In this document: positions 37,301 to 49,050 of the stretch, in pieces
Layout of the letters: each line of letters starts with the position of its first letter
How positions within the stretch are numbered: the stretch's first letter is position 1
Assembly (NCBI GenBank): GCA_000182565.2
Contig: KQ257451.1
DNA: 64,000 bases
Strand: one strand, 5' to 3'
DNA from: Spizellomyces punctatus DAOM BR117
Lineage: Eukaryota
Position numbers and translations under genes: made by a program
Notes under the pieces: model-generated
Database searches by the model: none
What the model was told of the DNA's origin: nothing
Seen by the model: only the letters and a program-made list of their open reading frames with translations

Positions 37301-38714
37301 CGGATTTTTTCGATTTCCGCTTTTTTGGGGGTGTATCCTGTTTCGGTTGTGGAAGAGGCGGTGGTTGAGTTTGCTCAATGAGATTCTCTGTCGAACCGGT
37401 TTTTTCTAATCGCCACATGGACGCAACTGATCTCCAGCTGAATAAGGAACGTTGGGGTTTTGTTTGTGCGGGTTGTGAAATGTTTTCGCGGGAGGTTGCG
37501 GGTGAGCCTTTCAGGGGGACGTAGGTGGGTTCGATGGCGTCGAGGGAGTGCCATGAGTGGGTCGCGAGGGATTTGCGACTGGGTGGCCGGCGTGATGGGG
37601 GGGATGGGGGTGGATGGGAAGGTATGAGTGTCGGTGATGGGCTGGGTTGGCTTGACGTTGGGTTAGTGGCGGGTTGTTTTGAATCCATTCCTGTCGTGCT
37701 CCCTGATATTGATCGTGTCTTGCTCTTTTTCTTTTTGTGCTTTTTTTGAATGTTGGGTCGTGCATCAACGCTCGATTTGGACCCCCTCCTCTTCACCCCT
37801 GCCTCATCACCATCAGAATCCTTTCTCACTCGCGCACGCACGTCACGCGAGACAGACCGTTCAGATCCTCTCTGTCTCTCGACACTCTTGCCGGATTCAG
37901 ACCGCCTCCGCTTAACCTCTTTGATTCCTTCTCCATCATTTTCAGAACCCTTCACTCTCCCACCTTCACGCGAAACGGACCGAAGAGATCCGCGTCTCTG
38001 TTTTTCGGCACTCTTACCGGATTCAGACCGCCTTCTCTTGACCTCTTTGATTCCTTCTCCATCATTTTCAGAACCCTTCACTCTCCCACCTTCACGCGAA
38101 ACGGACCGAAGAGATCCGCGTCTCTGTTTTTCGGCACTCTTACCGGATTCAGACCGCCTTCTCTTGACCTCTTTGATTCCTTCCCCGTCATTGTCAGAAC
38201 CTTTCCCCCTCCCACCTTCACGCGAAACGGACCGAAGAGATCCCCGTCTCTGTCTTTCGGGCTTGTCCGATTTAGATCTACGTGTCTTATCGGGTTCATC
38301 AATGGGTTCAGTTCGTAATGAGTGCGGTTCAGACAACTTCGTAGCTGATAAAGCTTTGAGCCGTTTATCGTGTTTTGATCGAGTTTTGCGTCCATCTTTG
38401 TCAACGTTGTTTTTAATGTCTTGTATGGAAGGTGGGTTTCGAGATGTTGATCGAGTACGATGTTTCTCGTCATCACCCTTGTTGTTTCTTTGGTCAGATT
38501 TCGATTCAGGATGTTTAGATACTGATTGAGACCTTATTTGATCGGTTTGGATAGTGTCTGTACCGGACTCGTGGGGTTTGCTAGATCCCGACATGGAGTG
38601 ATCACCTTCCTTTAAGGGTTGCATAGATTCAAGACGAGATCGGGACCGGCGTCGTGGGGAAATGGGTGCATTGGGATCTATGGGAGTAGGCTCGGGTATC
38701 GGACGTTGCATCAA
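34334..38714 (-). CDS. AHI1: Jouberin/AHI1-like ciliary transition-zone protein (charged N-terminus, C2-like domain, WD40), multi-exon; start uncertain
   Basis: IRIHGADRFKLD..APLVRVHILD, PAWEEDLVFNEGY, FSHSGQYLAIAC..YPIKVY, GHADLVYEVNW, LVSASSDGSVRVW, HPSYVYTATFHP, ATGCYD, VDVGFHPWEHMVCFVSFG. Confidence 0.8.
37855..38256 (-). repeat. Coding tandem repeat, 126-bp (42-aa) unit, ~3 copies, inside AHI1
   Basis: CGAAGAGATCC recurs at 37981, 38107 and 38233. Confidence 0.92.
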
Positions 38715-38876
38715 AGATTGTATTCGTGCAATAACAAAAAACCTGTATAGCTATCCAAATGAAGCACACCTCTACAAAGGATGGTATTTCAAGCTGATTA
38801 CATAACGCGTTCTGGGTCCAGTGGCTGTGAAATTCATACGGTTTTCTTTGTTGGGCTACAAACCATTGGGGGCAAG

Positions 38877-40370
38877 ATGCGGATTGATAAATGTCTCCAG
38901 AGATGGAATTCCGTGCGTGGGTATGCGGCGCCAAGAAAGAAAAAGGTGGAGGGGTTAGGAAGGGCTGGGACGAATTTGAAAATGGTAAAGAAATGAAACG
39001 TGATGCATGTCTTTTTGTGTGTGATGTTGTAGTAAAGGCTTTTTTGGAGTAGGGAATTGTGGGTATGCCCAACGTGGGGAAATCCTCATTCTTTAATGCG
39101 TTAACAAATAGTTCTGTTGCTGCCGAGGTAAACATGGTGGATTGCATTCTTTTTCTTTCGCATGTAGTCATGAACATAACATCTCTCAATTCGCAGAATT
39201 ATCCATTTTGCACCATTGACCCAACAACAGCTCGCACAGCTCTACCAGACCCACGATACGACCACCTCCTCCATCTCCACAACCCAAAAACAAGTGTACC
39301 ATCCTACCTCACGACAACAGATATAGCCGGCCTCGTACGAGGTGCACACCAAGGACACGGACTCGGAAACAATTTTCTAGCACACATTCAAGCTGTGGAT
39401 GGATTGTTTCATTTGGTGAGGGGGTTTGGAGGGGATGTACTTCATGTTGAGGGGAATGTGGATCCTGTGAGGGATGTTGGGATTATTAGGGAAGAGTTGT
39501 TGAAGCGGGATATAGGAGTTTTGGAAAGGGAGAGTGCGAGGAAACGGGGGGATATAGGGGTTTTGGGTCGGGTTTTGGAGTGGGTGAAAGGGGGCCAAGA
39601 GGTTCGGACGGGGAATTGGGATGAGGAGGAAGTGGAGGTGATTAACACGTTGGGACTTTTGACGGCTAAACCCGTTGTCTACTTGGTATGTTAAAGTTTG
39701 TTTGACTTTTAAAACTGACTACGAACCAATATTTCAATACCTTCAAGTGCAACACCAGTCCCGAATCCTACATTCGCAAACAAAACCCATACCTCCCCCA
39801 CCTAAAAGCCACGCTCCCAAACGACACACTCATTCCCTACTCTGGAACACTCGAAACGACACTCGCGAGTCTCCAGCCGGTAGAACGCGCCGCGTATTTG
39901 CACGATATGGCAATCAAGTACGATGCACCTGGTCCAGTCGTCTCGGCGTTACCGGGAATAATATGGGCAGGGTATAAAGCTCTTGGACTCATCAACTGTA
40001 CGTATAAATATATTGATGTTGGTTTAGATGATGGGGTGCTGAATTTTGTGTACCAGTTTTTACAGCATCGGAAAAGGAAGTTCGATCCTGGACAATTCGA
40101 CAGGGAACAAAAGCTCCACAAGCCGCTGCAGTCATTCACACCGATTTTGAAAAATCCTTTGCGGGTGTGGATGTTACGTCTTTTGACCGGGTTTTGCAAG
40201 AAGGTGTCACGGCCAAGGCAGTTCAAAGAGGAAGGGACTATGAGGTTGAGGATGGAGATGTTGTTTGTGAGTTTTCTTTTTTTGTTTGTTGGTGTTGATT
40301 TTAAGAGTTTATGTGGATTTGTTTTCTGACTTTTGATCCAGACTTTAGAATTGCGGCAAGGAAAAAGTAG
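38877..40370 (+). CDS. OLA1: Obg-like ATPase OLA1/YchF, divergent, multi-exon
   Basis: [92 protein letters not shown]. Confidence 0.88.
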
Positions 40371-40664
40371 ATTGTGAACTGAGTATAGGACGAAATACAA
40401 ACATTTAAACAAGATTATTTTTTGTTGAGAATAAACCGGGCACGGCAAGCAACATTGCGCATTACAGATCACACTATACCATCCTCTTGTTTCATTTCAC
40501 GCTTTGCAATATGTTTATCACTTGTTTGGGTCTTTTGTAAAGTAGATGGGATAAGCTGCCACGATCGCGCGTAGTGGCTTGTCAACCAAAGATCCTGTAC
40601 ACGCGTACAAAAAGGGAACGTGTCCGAACTCGCAACTTTGTTGCAATCATCATACGAAAGCGAA

Positions 40665-42364
40665 ATGCCTCTAGGTAAGAAACCCAAATACCAATATGAG
40701 ATAAAACATACTCACAATATACATAGACTACAGCAAATGGGATAAACTCGAATTAAGCGATGACGAAGATTTCGAATGCCAGTACGTAAAAAACCCTCAA
40801 CCCAAAGAAAACTCTACGAGTTCTTATCCCAAAAAAACCATATAAACATTTACACATTTTTCTTTTACGCACTAGTCCAAATGTCGACAAAGCCTCCATG
40901 GTTCGCTGGCGCCAATCCGAAATCCACCGACAACGACACGCCCGAAAAGTAAAACTTGAATGCCTATCGCATGAAACCCAAATCAACACCCAAGCCCAAT
41001 CCGCACTGCAAACCCTCTTAGATTCGCAAGACGCTTTATCAAAATGTCGACATCTCGTGGGTGTGGCAAAAACATGGGACAAGGAATTAACTGAAGCGTA
41101 CTATAAGCGATTGGAAATGGATTGGGATGCACGGTGGGGGCCTGTTCAACCGGATGTATTTGTCGAAGGGCGGGTTGAGTTTTCGGAGCTTTTTGGTGGT
41201 GTTTTGGAAAAGTTGGAGGGTGGGGATGTTCAGAGTGTTGTTGAGGGTGCTGTTGCGAGGATTAGGGAACGACAAAAGCTTGTGGATGATGTTGTGAGGA
41301 GGGAGGAGGAGGAGGCTAAGAAGAAGGTTACGGTGGATGATTTGAAGGAGGGGTTTAATAAGACGGTATGGGATTTTGTAGCGTGCTTTCTTGGGAATGT
41401 GCGTTTTGCTCATGTTTTTCTTGTTTTTTTTGGGAGTAGGTCATGTCTAAAAAAACCGTCAAGCCAAACGAGAAGCAGACGGTTATTGAAACGATTCATA
41501 CACCCGGCAATGGAGCTGGGGCTAGCCATGTTGTATGTTTTCTTGTTTTTGTTTTGGTTCGCTCTATTGGGTGCTCATCATTCCATACGGCTGGTTCACA
41601 TTAGCAGTCAAACCCTCCCCCACCACCACCGTCGGAAGAAGACGACGAGGAGGCCGACCGTATCACATACCCCCCCGCCGAGGCCTTTTCAAAAATTTCT
41701 ACAATGGAACAGAGTTTTGCGTTTCTTCTCCAAAACCCTACATTGGTCTCACAACGCTATTCAGACATGATTCTCGCTGAAGCTTTTCGGAAGCAAATGG
41801 ACGGACAGGATAAAGAAGCGAGACAGTGTGTCCAGCAAGCGTTGTTGTTGCAGTATTGTGCATTGTTGGGTGGAGATGGCGTACGACTGTTTTTTACCCG
41901 GTATGTCCTAAGCCTACTCATATTGAATAACGGAAAAGCAATGATCAAACTTGTAAATTAGTCTCTCATCACCCAACCATACGGCCTCAACCATGTTCCA
42001 CAAGGACGTATTAGAAACCTACACCCGAATCCAAACCCGCGTACAAACCCTCCTCGCCGAACAATCCGCAACCCAAGCCGCCGAACGCGCCGCCCTCGAA
42101 CAACGCCTCGCATCCTGTACTCGACCCGACGGAACATACTTTTTACCGATTTCAGAGGATGCGTCCGAGGAGGAACGTGAGCGATCTCGAGTGTTTGGTG
42201 AACTTGCACCGGAATTCCAGAAAGCACTGTTGTTGCAGGATGTGGATTTGATTAATGGGTTTTTGTCGAGTGTTGGGCGGGAGGAGGGGGAGAGGGTTGT
42301 GAGGTTATGTTCTGGGGTGGGGTTATTGGATCTAGAAGAAGAAGAAGAAGAGGGGGACTCGTAA
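40665..42364 (+). CDS. CDC37: Hsp90 co-chaperone Cdc37, multi-exon
   Basis: Spliced N-terminus [62 protein letters not shown]; acidic C-terminus. Confidence 0.93.
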
Positions 42365-42413
42365 AGGAGTTACAATCAATGTATACATTTTATTTGGAGA
42401 CGCAATGGGAAAA

Positions 42414-43091
42414 CTATGTATGTTTTTCATATTCCAACACAAGTTTCTTGTCAGTCGTAACGACCCTCCACCCAACCCTCTCCAAAACCTTGTCCAAACC
42501 CCTCGCAAAACCCCCTAACGCATAAACCACCCAAAAATACATGAAAAACTGAATCCAAACCGTAACCCAATACCCCACTTTAGAAAACGGTTGCGGAATG
42601 ACGGCACCGACGATATCCGCTGTAGGATAATAATCTTCTTGACGTGATATATAGTATTTTGTTTTCCCGTCTTCTTTTTGGATGGGTTTGAGGTGGATGA
42701 TGGATATCACTCGGGCTGTTTGGGGTTTTGGTGAGGGGTAGATGATGGGACTGAATTCGTAGGATATGTCTGATACGAGTTTTGTTTTATGCGTGTTTAA
42801 ATCTAAAAGTGTGTGTGTATTGTTTAAAAGTTCTGAAAAAACAAACGAAAAAAAGAAAATGTGGGGTATCTTACATAAATCATGAAAAACAAGTGTGGGA
42901 AACCGTTTATTCATCCTCCCCCACTCTAAATACACCTTTCCAAACCCATTTTGACCGGAAGCAATGAAGAATGGGTGTATGAATTCTGCGTTTGGTGTTG
43001 TGTATTTTTCAAGAGTTTTTTGGATGCTTTCGGGGTTTGTTGAGAGGAGGGTGGATACGATTTGGGGGAATTCTTTGATGGGGTTTTCCAT
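42414..43091 (-). CDS. Fungal NTF2-like (SigF-like) domain protein with hydrophobic C-terminus, probably one in-frame intron
   Basis: MENPIKEFPQIVSTLL...KYTTPNAEFIHPF...KYYISRQEDYY pattern. Confidence 0.7.
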   Translation of the reverse strand: MENPIKEFPQIVSTLLSTNPESIQKTLEKYTTPNAEFIHPFFIASGQNGFGKVYLEWGRMNKRFPTLVFHDLCKIPHIFFFSFVFSELLNNTHTLLDLNTHKTKLVSDISYEFSPIIYPSPKPQTARVISIIHLKPIQKEDGKTKYYISRQEDYYPTADIVGAVIPQPFSKVGYWVTVWIQFFMYFWVVYALGGFARGLDKVLERVGWRVVTTDKKLVLEYEKHT

Positions 43092-43573
43092 TCTTTTGTG
43101 TTGAGTTGGGAGGGTTGAAGGAGGGGAGGGTTGGCAAGAATGGATTGGGATTTAAAGAAGAGTGTTTTGATGATTGCTTGGTGTGATTTCTGTAGATGCT
43201 GCGCATGTATTTAACAAAAGTGTTCCAATAGGGGTGTGAAATGATGTCATTTGTGGGATTTTCTTTTTTTGGGCACACTCGACCATGCATGGTTTTTCGA
43301 CCTGTCCAACGTATTTCGTATTCCGGCAGATGACGATGTTGGCAGTTATAGTGCGGAATGCATAACACCATGCAAAAGTATCTGTAGCATCTGTAGCTAT
43401 TCCCAAACTGGTTAAGGTTTTCTGGATGGACTGTTGATTTTGGTCATTTCTGCGTGATTGGAAGGACCACTTTTTTGCCATCTCCTCTTCCTCTCTGCCC
43501 ATGGCTGTGTACTTTTTGGACAGAGTTCTTGTCGGCAGCAACCGAATGGGAATTCAACAAAGTTGACCTCGTC

Positions 43574-43674
43574 GTTAAGTTGCACATTAATGAAGAACAC
43601 CACGTGATGTTCTCTCTCATCGTCGTCAGGTTCACGGGTAATCACGTGATGTTCTTCACTAATGTGCAACTAAC
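43574..43674. mobile_element. MITE-like ~100-bp element with ~34-bp imperfect terminal inverted repeats
   Basis: GTTAAGTTGCACATTAATGAAGAACACCACGTGAT ... ATCACGTGATGTTCTTCACTAATGTGCAACTAAC; related copy at 45489-45578. Confidence 0.6.
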
Positions 43675-43789
43675 TTGTGAGGAAGTGGGATGAATAGTTT
43701 TCAACCAGGAAATGGCTTGGTATTTTCGCGGATTGAGGATTTGTTGTATTGTCGATTCGGCCATATGGTTTTGGGTGATTGGAGCTTAT

Positions 43790-44305
43790 GCTCTCGGCTA
43801 GATGTGCCTTGTAGGCAGTTACCGAACGGGAGTCAAACGGGACGCGAGAGCCCATTTTTTCTATTCTGCCCATTAAAGACCTACTTGTCACTCCTACAGC
43901 CGTTATTCATCACCACTTTGTTGATGCGCCTTGGGTGATAAGAAGAACTTTATGCCATCTCTTCTCGGCATGTGTGCCTTGTAAACCGGGGCCATCTGTT
44001 CTGCCCATTGAAGCCCTACTTGTCACTCCTACAAACCGTTATTCATCACCACTTTGTTGATCCGCCTTGGGTGATAAGAAGAACTCTAGAGCCTTGTGAA
44101 CGGGGGCCAAACGGGCGCGAGAGCCCATTTATCTATTCTGCCCATTAAAGCCCTACTTTCACTCCTACAACCGTTATTCATCACCACATTGTCGAGGTGA
44201 TAAGGAGAACTTTATGCCATCTCTTCTCGGGTTGGGTTCCTTGTGGAGAGCCAAACGGTGGAGAGTGGCTATATTTCTATTCTGCAACATTAAAGCCCTA
44301 CTTTA
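43790..44305. repeat. Degenerate tandem array, ~135-145-bp unit, ~3.5 copies
   Basis: Recurring TTCTGCCCATT.AAG.CCTACTT..CACTCCTACA..CCGTTATTCATCACCAC...GGTGATAAG..GAAC. Confidence 0.85.
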
Positions 44306-45119
44306 TGCGGGGGTATAACTTTAAACCATTTAAGAAAAAAAACTGTATTTCCCGATATTGTTTGGGCCACAGAACCGAAAAATCCAAAAGAAATGCCAGA
44401 GTGAAGGTCCAAAAATGCCAATCTGCGCCCCCATGTTTGTTTACAAACTAAAACCACAAAAATGTTATTTTCCGATATTCGTTTGGGCCACAGAAACAGA
44501 AAACCCCCAAAAGAAATAATGATGACCCCTCTAGGAAGATGACCCTGTGCAGAAAAACGCTTTCAAATGCACTCTCAAATGGCAAGCCGACAACCAAAAA
44601 GTTTTTGAAAAATGTCGTCTGCGCCCAATTGTCGGAGTTTACCCAACTCCTTCACTCCGCACCGCCGCCCACATGAGAGCAGCATGCACAAGCAATAACA
44701 CCATTTCCAACAACTTTTTTTGGAAAGGAGCGGCATAATGGCCATCCCGTTCACCTGTACTTCAAAAAAAAAGACTGCAAGCAAAAAAAAAACAAAACAA
44801 AGGACACGCTTGCAATGACACTTCTCAGACATGCCACAGAGGGGAATGTGGGCCATGCCATGTGCTTTTGCCTTTTGGGATCTATATTCTGGTTGGTTTT
44901 GGACCATTGCTCGTTGTGGTTAAAGACCAAAAAAAAATGAGAAGACTGGCGGCGGCGGGAGGGGGAGTTGAGATGGCCCGACTCAATTCGTTGCAAAAAA
45001 AAAAAAGAACGGTTTGCAAAACGAGTTGAGGATCTCCAATATAAATATCTAGGTTTCCAGATGCCTTCTTCACTCTATTCAAGTTCCTCACCTCTTCACT
45101 TGTCTTTGTGTTTCTGACC

Positions 45120-46028
45120 ATGTTGTCCTTCCTGTTTGTTCCTCTCATCCTCGGATCTCTGGCTCAAGCCGCGAGCGTTCCCGCGTGGCAAGCCCCGACA
45201 GCAGGAGATGTGCGCTCTCCCTGCCCCATTCTCAACGCGCTTGCCAACCACGGGCTCATTAACCGGAACGGTAAAGACATTACACCTGCGCAATACACGG
45301 CTGGATTGAAGACGATTGGATGCGATCCTGTCTTGTGTGGAGCGCTGGCTCAAGCTGCTCTTAACGTTATTCCGAACCGCAAGAATGAAAAGGGTGAATC
45401 TGTGTTTGGATTGGATGATTTGAGAACGCATTTGGGGATTGAGCACGATGCCAGTTTGACCAGGTAAATCAAAAACAAAAAACTTTATAAACTATCGGCA
45501 CTTCAGTCAAGAACATCCCGTGATAACACGTGGACTTGAGAGAGAATATCACGTGATGCTCTTGCGAATGTGCAGTTACTGTTATATCCACCTTTATATC
45601 GTAACTCACAGTTTTTTATCGTTAGAAACGACTATGACCTGGACCCCAACCATGACAACTACTCTCTCAACCGCACTCTCTATGACCAACTTGTTTCATT
45701 GAGGGACCCGCAAACCCAACGCCTTGACGCAACCTCGATTGCACGGGCCCGCAAGATCCGCCAAAAGGATTCCAAGGACCGGAACCCCAAGGCAACGCTC
45801 GACAGGAAGCAGCTCGCACTTGCGCACGGCGAAGGAGCGGCGTTCCTGATGATCATGGGACACCAGTACGGATACTCTGTTCCTGTACCCTATGCGAAAG
45901 GGTTCTTTGTGGACGAGAGGTTGCCGTTTGAAGAGGGATGGGAGCCTAGTGCCAAACCGTTGAGCTTTATGGAGTTGGGATTGAATGTGGGTGCCGTTAT
46001 TGAAAAGGAGCTTACCCTCAAGAATTAG
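45120..46028 (+). CDS. Secreted heme-thiolate peroxidase (chloroperoxidase/short UPO family), 2 exons
   Basis: Signal peptide, RSPCPILNALANHG (proximal Cys), IEHDASLTR-ND, FFVDERLP; intron ~45464-45625. Confidence 0.92.
45489..45578. mobile_element. Diverged MITE-like copy inside the peroxidase intron
   Basis: GCAC..AGT.AAGAACATC.CGTGAT..AC.CGTG.AC.TGAGAGAGAA.ATCACGTGATG.TCTT...AATGTGCA aligns with the reverse complement of 43574-43674. Confidence 0.55.
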
Positions 46029-46184
46029 AGCGTCATAGCAACCATGAGAAGAATATAGATAATGAGAATATAGAAAAAAGAAAAGAAATAGATGGGTAGA
46101 AATCAGTAAGATAGCGATATAAAAAGTGTCTATGAGTCTGTAAAACACACAAGATCCCATATCACGTGATAAAATAAGCGATCG

Positions 46185-46635
46185 TGGAGAGAGAGAGTAA
46201 GAGAGAAACGCTTGACTTCAAGAGAGAGTAAGAGAAAGAGAGAAGAAGAAGAAGAGAGTAAATGAATCATAATATATAATAATAATCAATTCAACTGACT
46301 TTAACTCGCATGATTTCATTCTCACATTCACATTCACATTCACACACACACACTCTCTCTCCCAATTGTATGTAATCTCTCTCTCTCTCTCTGTGTGTGT
46401 GTGAGTGTATGAATGAGATTGTTCACGTTGTTTCTCTCTCTCTCTCTTTCTCTTTTTTTTTTCTTTCCTTCTCGTTCACACACACACACTCTCTCTCTCT
46501 CTCTTACTCTTACTCTCTCTCTCTCTTTTTTTTTCTTTCTTTCCTTCTCGTTCACACACACACACACTCTCTCTCTCTCTTACTCTTACTCTCTCTCTCT
46601 CTATTACAACAACAACAACAAACAAACAACACACG
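46185..46635. repeat. Compound microsatellites (AG/CT, CA, CAA) with an internal ~80-bp duplication
   Basis: CTTTCCTTCTCGTT(CA)n(CT)nTACTCTTAC occurs twice in 46460-46600. Confidence 0.85.
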
Positions 46636-46667
46636 CTTGATCATGTGACAATTCTCTCTCTTCTATT

Positions 46668-46938
46668 CGGAATTCATCGGATACATTACTCACGTATTCA
46701 CCCGATAGTATTCGGATAGTATCGGATTATTGTCGTTTTATTTTCATTATACACGTCATTCATGTCACATGCGCGCGCCTCACTTGTTCCCGATTCTTTC
46801 CAGGGCATAGGAACTAGGTGCACAGGGCGCTTGTTTACGATCGGGTGTTTACGGTCTCTTACTGGCATTTCCCGCATTGCCCGTTTCTTTCCTATTATTT
46901 TTTATTTTTTATTATTTCACACTTGCTTCTTATAAAAG
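46668..46938 (+). promoter_or_regulatory. PCK1 promoter: three CGG-N7-CGG sites and a TATA box
   Basis: CGG-N7-CGG at 46668-46680, 46713-46725 and 46842-46854; TATAAAAG at 46931. Confidence 0.6.
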
Positions 46939-47171
46939 GTGACTTGCTTCTCTTCCCCCCTTCTCATTGACTCGACCTTCCTTTCCCCCCCATCCAACAC
47001 ACACTTTTACACACACACACGTTTTCTGTAAGTTGCCTGCTGGGGTTGCAGGTCACCTGCGCCATTTTTTTGTTTGTTTGTTCATATACTCACTCATCCT
47101 CTCTCTCTCTTTTCTGTTGCTAGTCACCTCGTTGTTACAACACTCGCTTACACACACACACACATACAATC

Positions 47172-48865
47172 ATGATTGCCAACGGCCGCACAACCGGTGA
47201 CGAAATTCACGACGAAATTCACGAGGCCCTTCACACGGTCGCCCGTGTCGACTATGACAAGCCCATTATCAGGAACGCTTCCGTTCCCGTCTTGTACGAA
47301 GAGGCCCTTGAACACGAGGTTGGAACAGGTCTGACTGCCGCAGGTGCCCTCGTCACAGACTCTGGTGCCAAAAAGGGTCGCTCACCCAAGGACAAGCGTA
47401 TCGTTGAGGAAGAGTCGTCAAAGGACAATGTCTGGTGGGGCCCCGTCAATGTCAAAATGTCGGAAAATGCCTTTATGGTCAACCGCGAACGCGCCATTGA
47501 CTATTTAAACACGCGCTCCCGTCTCTACGTGTTTGATGGTTTTGCCGGCTGGGATCCAAAATACCGCATCAAGGTCCGCATTGTATGCGCCCGTGCCTAC
47601 CACGCCCTCTTTATGAGAAACATGTTGATTCGTCCCACTGACGAGGAGCTGGCCAACTTTGGTGAACCCGACTTTACCATTTTCAACGCTGGTGAATTCC
47701 CTGCCAACCGATACACGACCGGCATGACCTCCACCACCAGTATCTGCTTGAACTTTAAGCGCGCTGAAATGGTGATTCTGGGCACACAGTATGCCGGCGA
47801 GATGAAAAAGGGGTGAGCACCCGCGTGTAGTTTGCAAATCATTTCATGTCTTTTACTAAACTTTTTTAAAGTATCTTTACAGTGATGCACTATTACATGC
47901 CAAAGGCCGGCGTCTTGTCGCTCCACTCGTCGGCCAACGAGGGCCCCGACGGCGACGTGTCGCTCTTTTTCGGTCTCTCGGGTACCGGCAAGACCACCCT
48001 CTCGGCCGACCCCCACCGCTTCCTCATTGGTGATGATGAGCACTGCTGGTCAGACGATGGCATTTTCAACATTGAGGGAGGATGCTACGCAAAGTGCATT
48101 GACTTGAGCGCCGAAAAGGAACCCGAAATTTTCAATGCCATTCGCTTTGGCTCCGTCTTGGAAAATGTCGTTTACGACCCCGTGTCGCGCATTGTCGACT
48201 ATTCCGACTCGTCAAAGACGGAAAACACGCGTTGCGCTTACCCCATCGAGTACATTCCCAACGCAAAGATTCCCTGCGTCGGCGGCCACCCCAAAAACAT
48301 TATCCTCCTCACCTGCGACGCCTTTGGTGTCTTGCCCCCCGTGTCCAAGCTCACCCCCGAGCAGGCCATGTACCACTTTATCTCTGGCTACACGGCAAAG
48401 ATTGCCGGCACGGAAGAAGGTGTCACGGAACCCCAAGCCACCTTTTCCACCTGCTTTGGCGCACCGTTCCTGGTGTGGCACCCCGTAAAGTACGCGACCA
48501 TGTTGGCCGAAAAGATGCAACAGCACAAGGCGGACGCATGGCTCATCAACACGGGATGGAACGGCGGTCCCTACGGCGTCGGCAAGCGTGTTGCCCTAAA
48601 GTACTCTCGTGCCATTATCGACGCGATCCACAATGGCGAATTGGCCAAGGCTGAATACGAAAACTATGCCACCTTTAACCTCCCCATCCCCAAGGCCGTC
48701 ACGGGTGTCCCCTCTGAGATTCTCAACCCCGCAAAGACGTGGAGCGGCACCCAAGAGTCGTATGCAACGACGCTCAACAAGCTGGCCAACTTGTTTAACG
48801 CGAATTTCAAGACGTATGCCGACAAGGCGGCTCCCGAAGTGATTGCTGCCGGTCCCCAGATATAA
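47172..48865 (+). CDS. PCK1: Phosphoenolpyruvate carboxykinase (ATP), 2 coding exons
   Basis: [36 protein letters not shown] (P-loop), [23 protein letters not shown]. Confidence 0.98.
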
Positions 48866-49050
48866 GCCCGTTTTTGTGTGTGTGTGTGATGCAAGACTTT
48901 TATATAATAATATAATATCCATATGATTTTGAAAAATATGAATTTTGTTATACACATGTTTGACGGTGAATTGTCCACGTGATACAACCGATGACGTTCG
49001 CGTTTCTTGCTGTGTAGAGGTTTTCGGGGCTCACTCACAAGCAAAAGACA

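Noticed and set aside
37737-38529. Long antisense ORFs here and opposite the PPR, PCK1 and tricalbin genes
   Set aside because: Shadows of real coding sequence on the other strand.
43790-44305. CRISPR-like array
   Set aside because: Long degenerate units with homologous rather than unique spacers, eukaryotic context and no cas genes.
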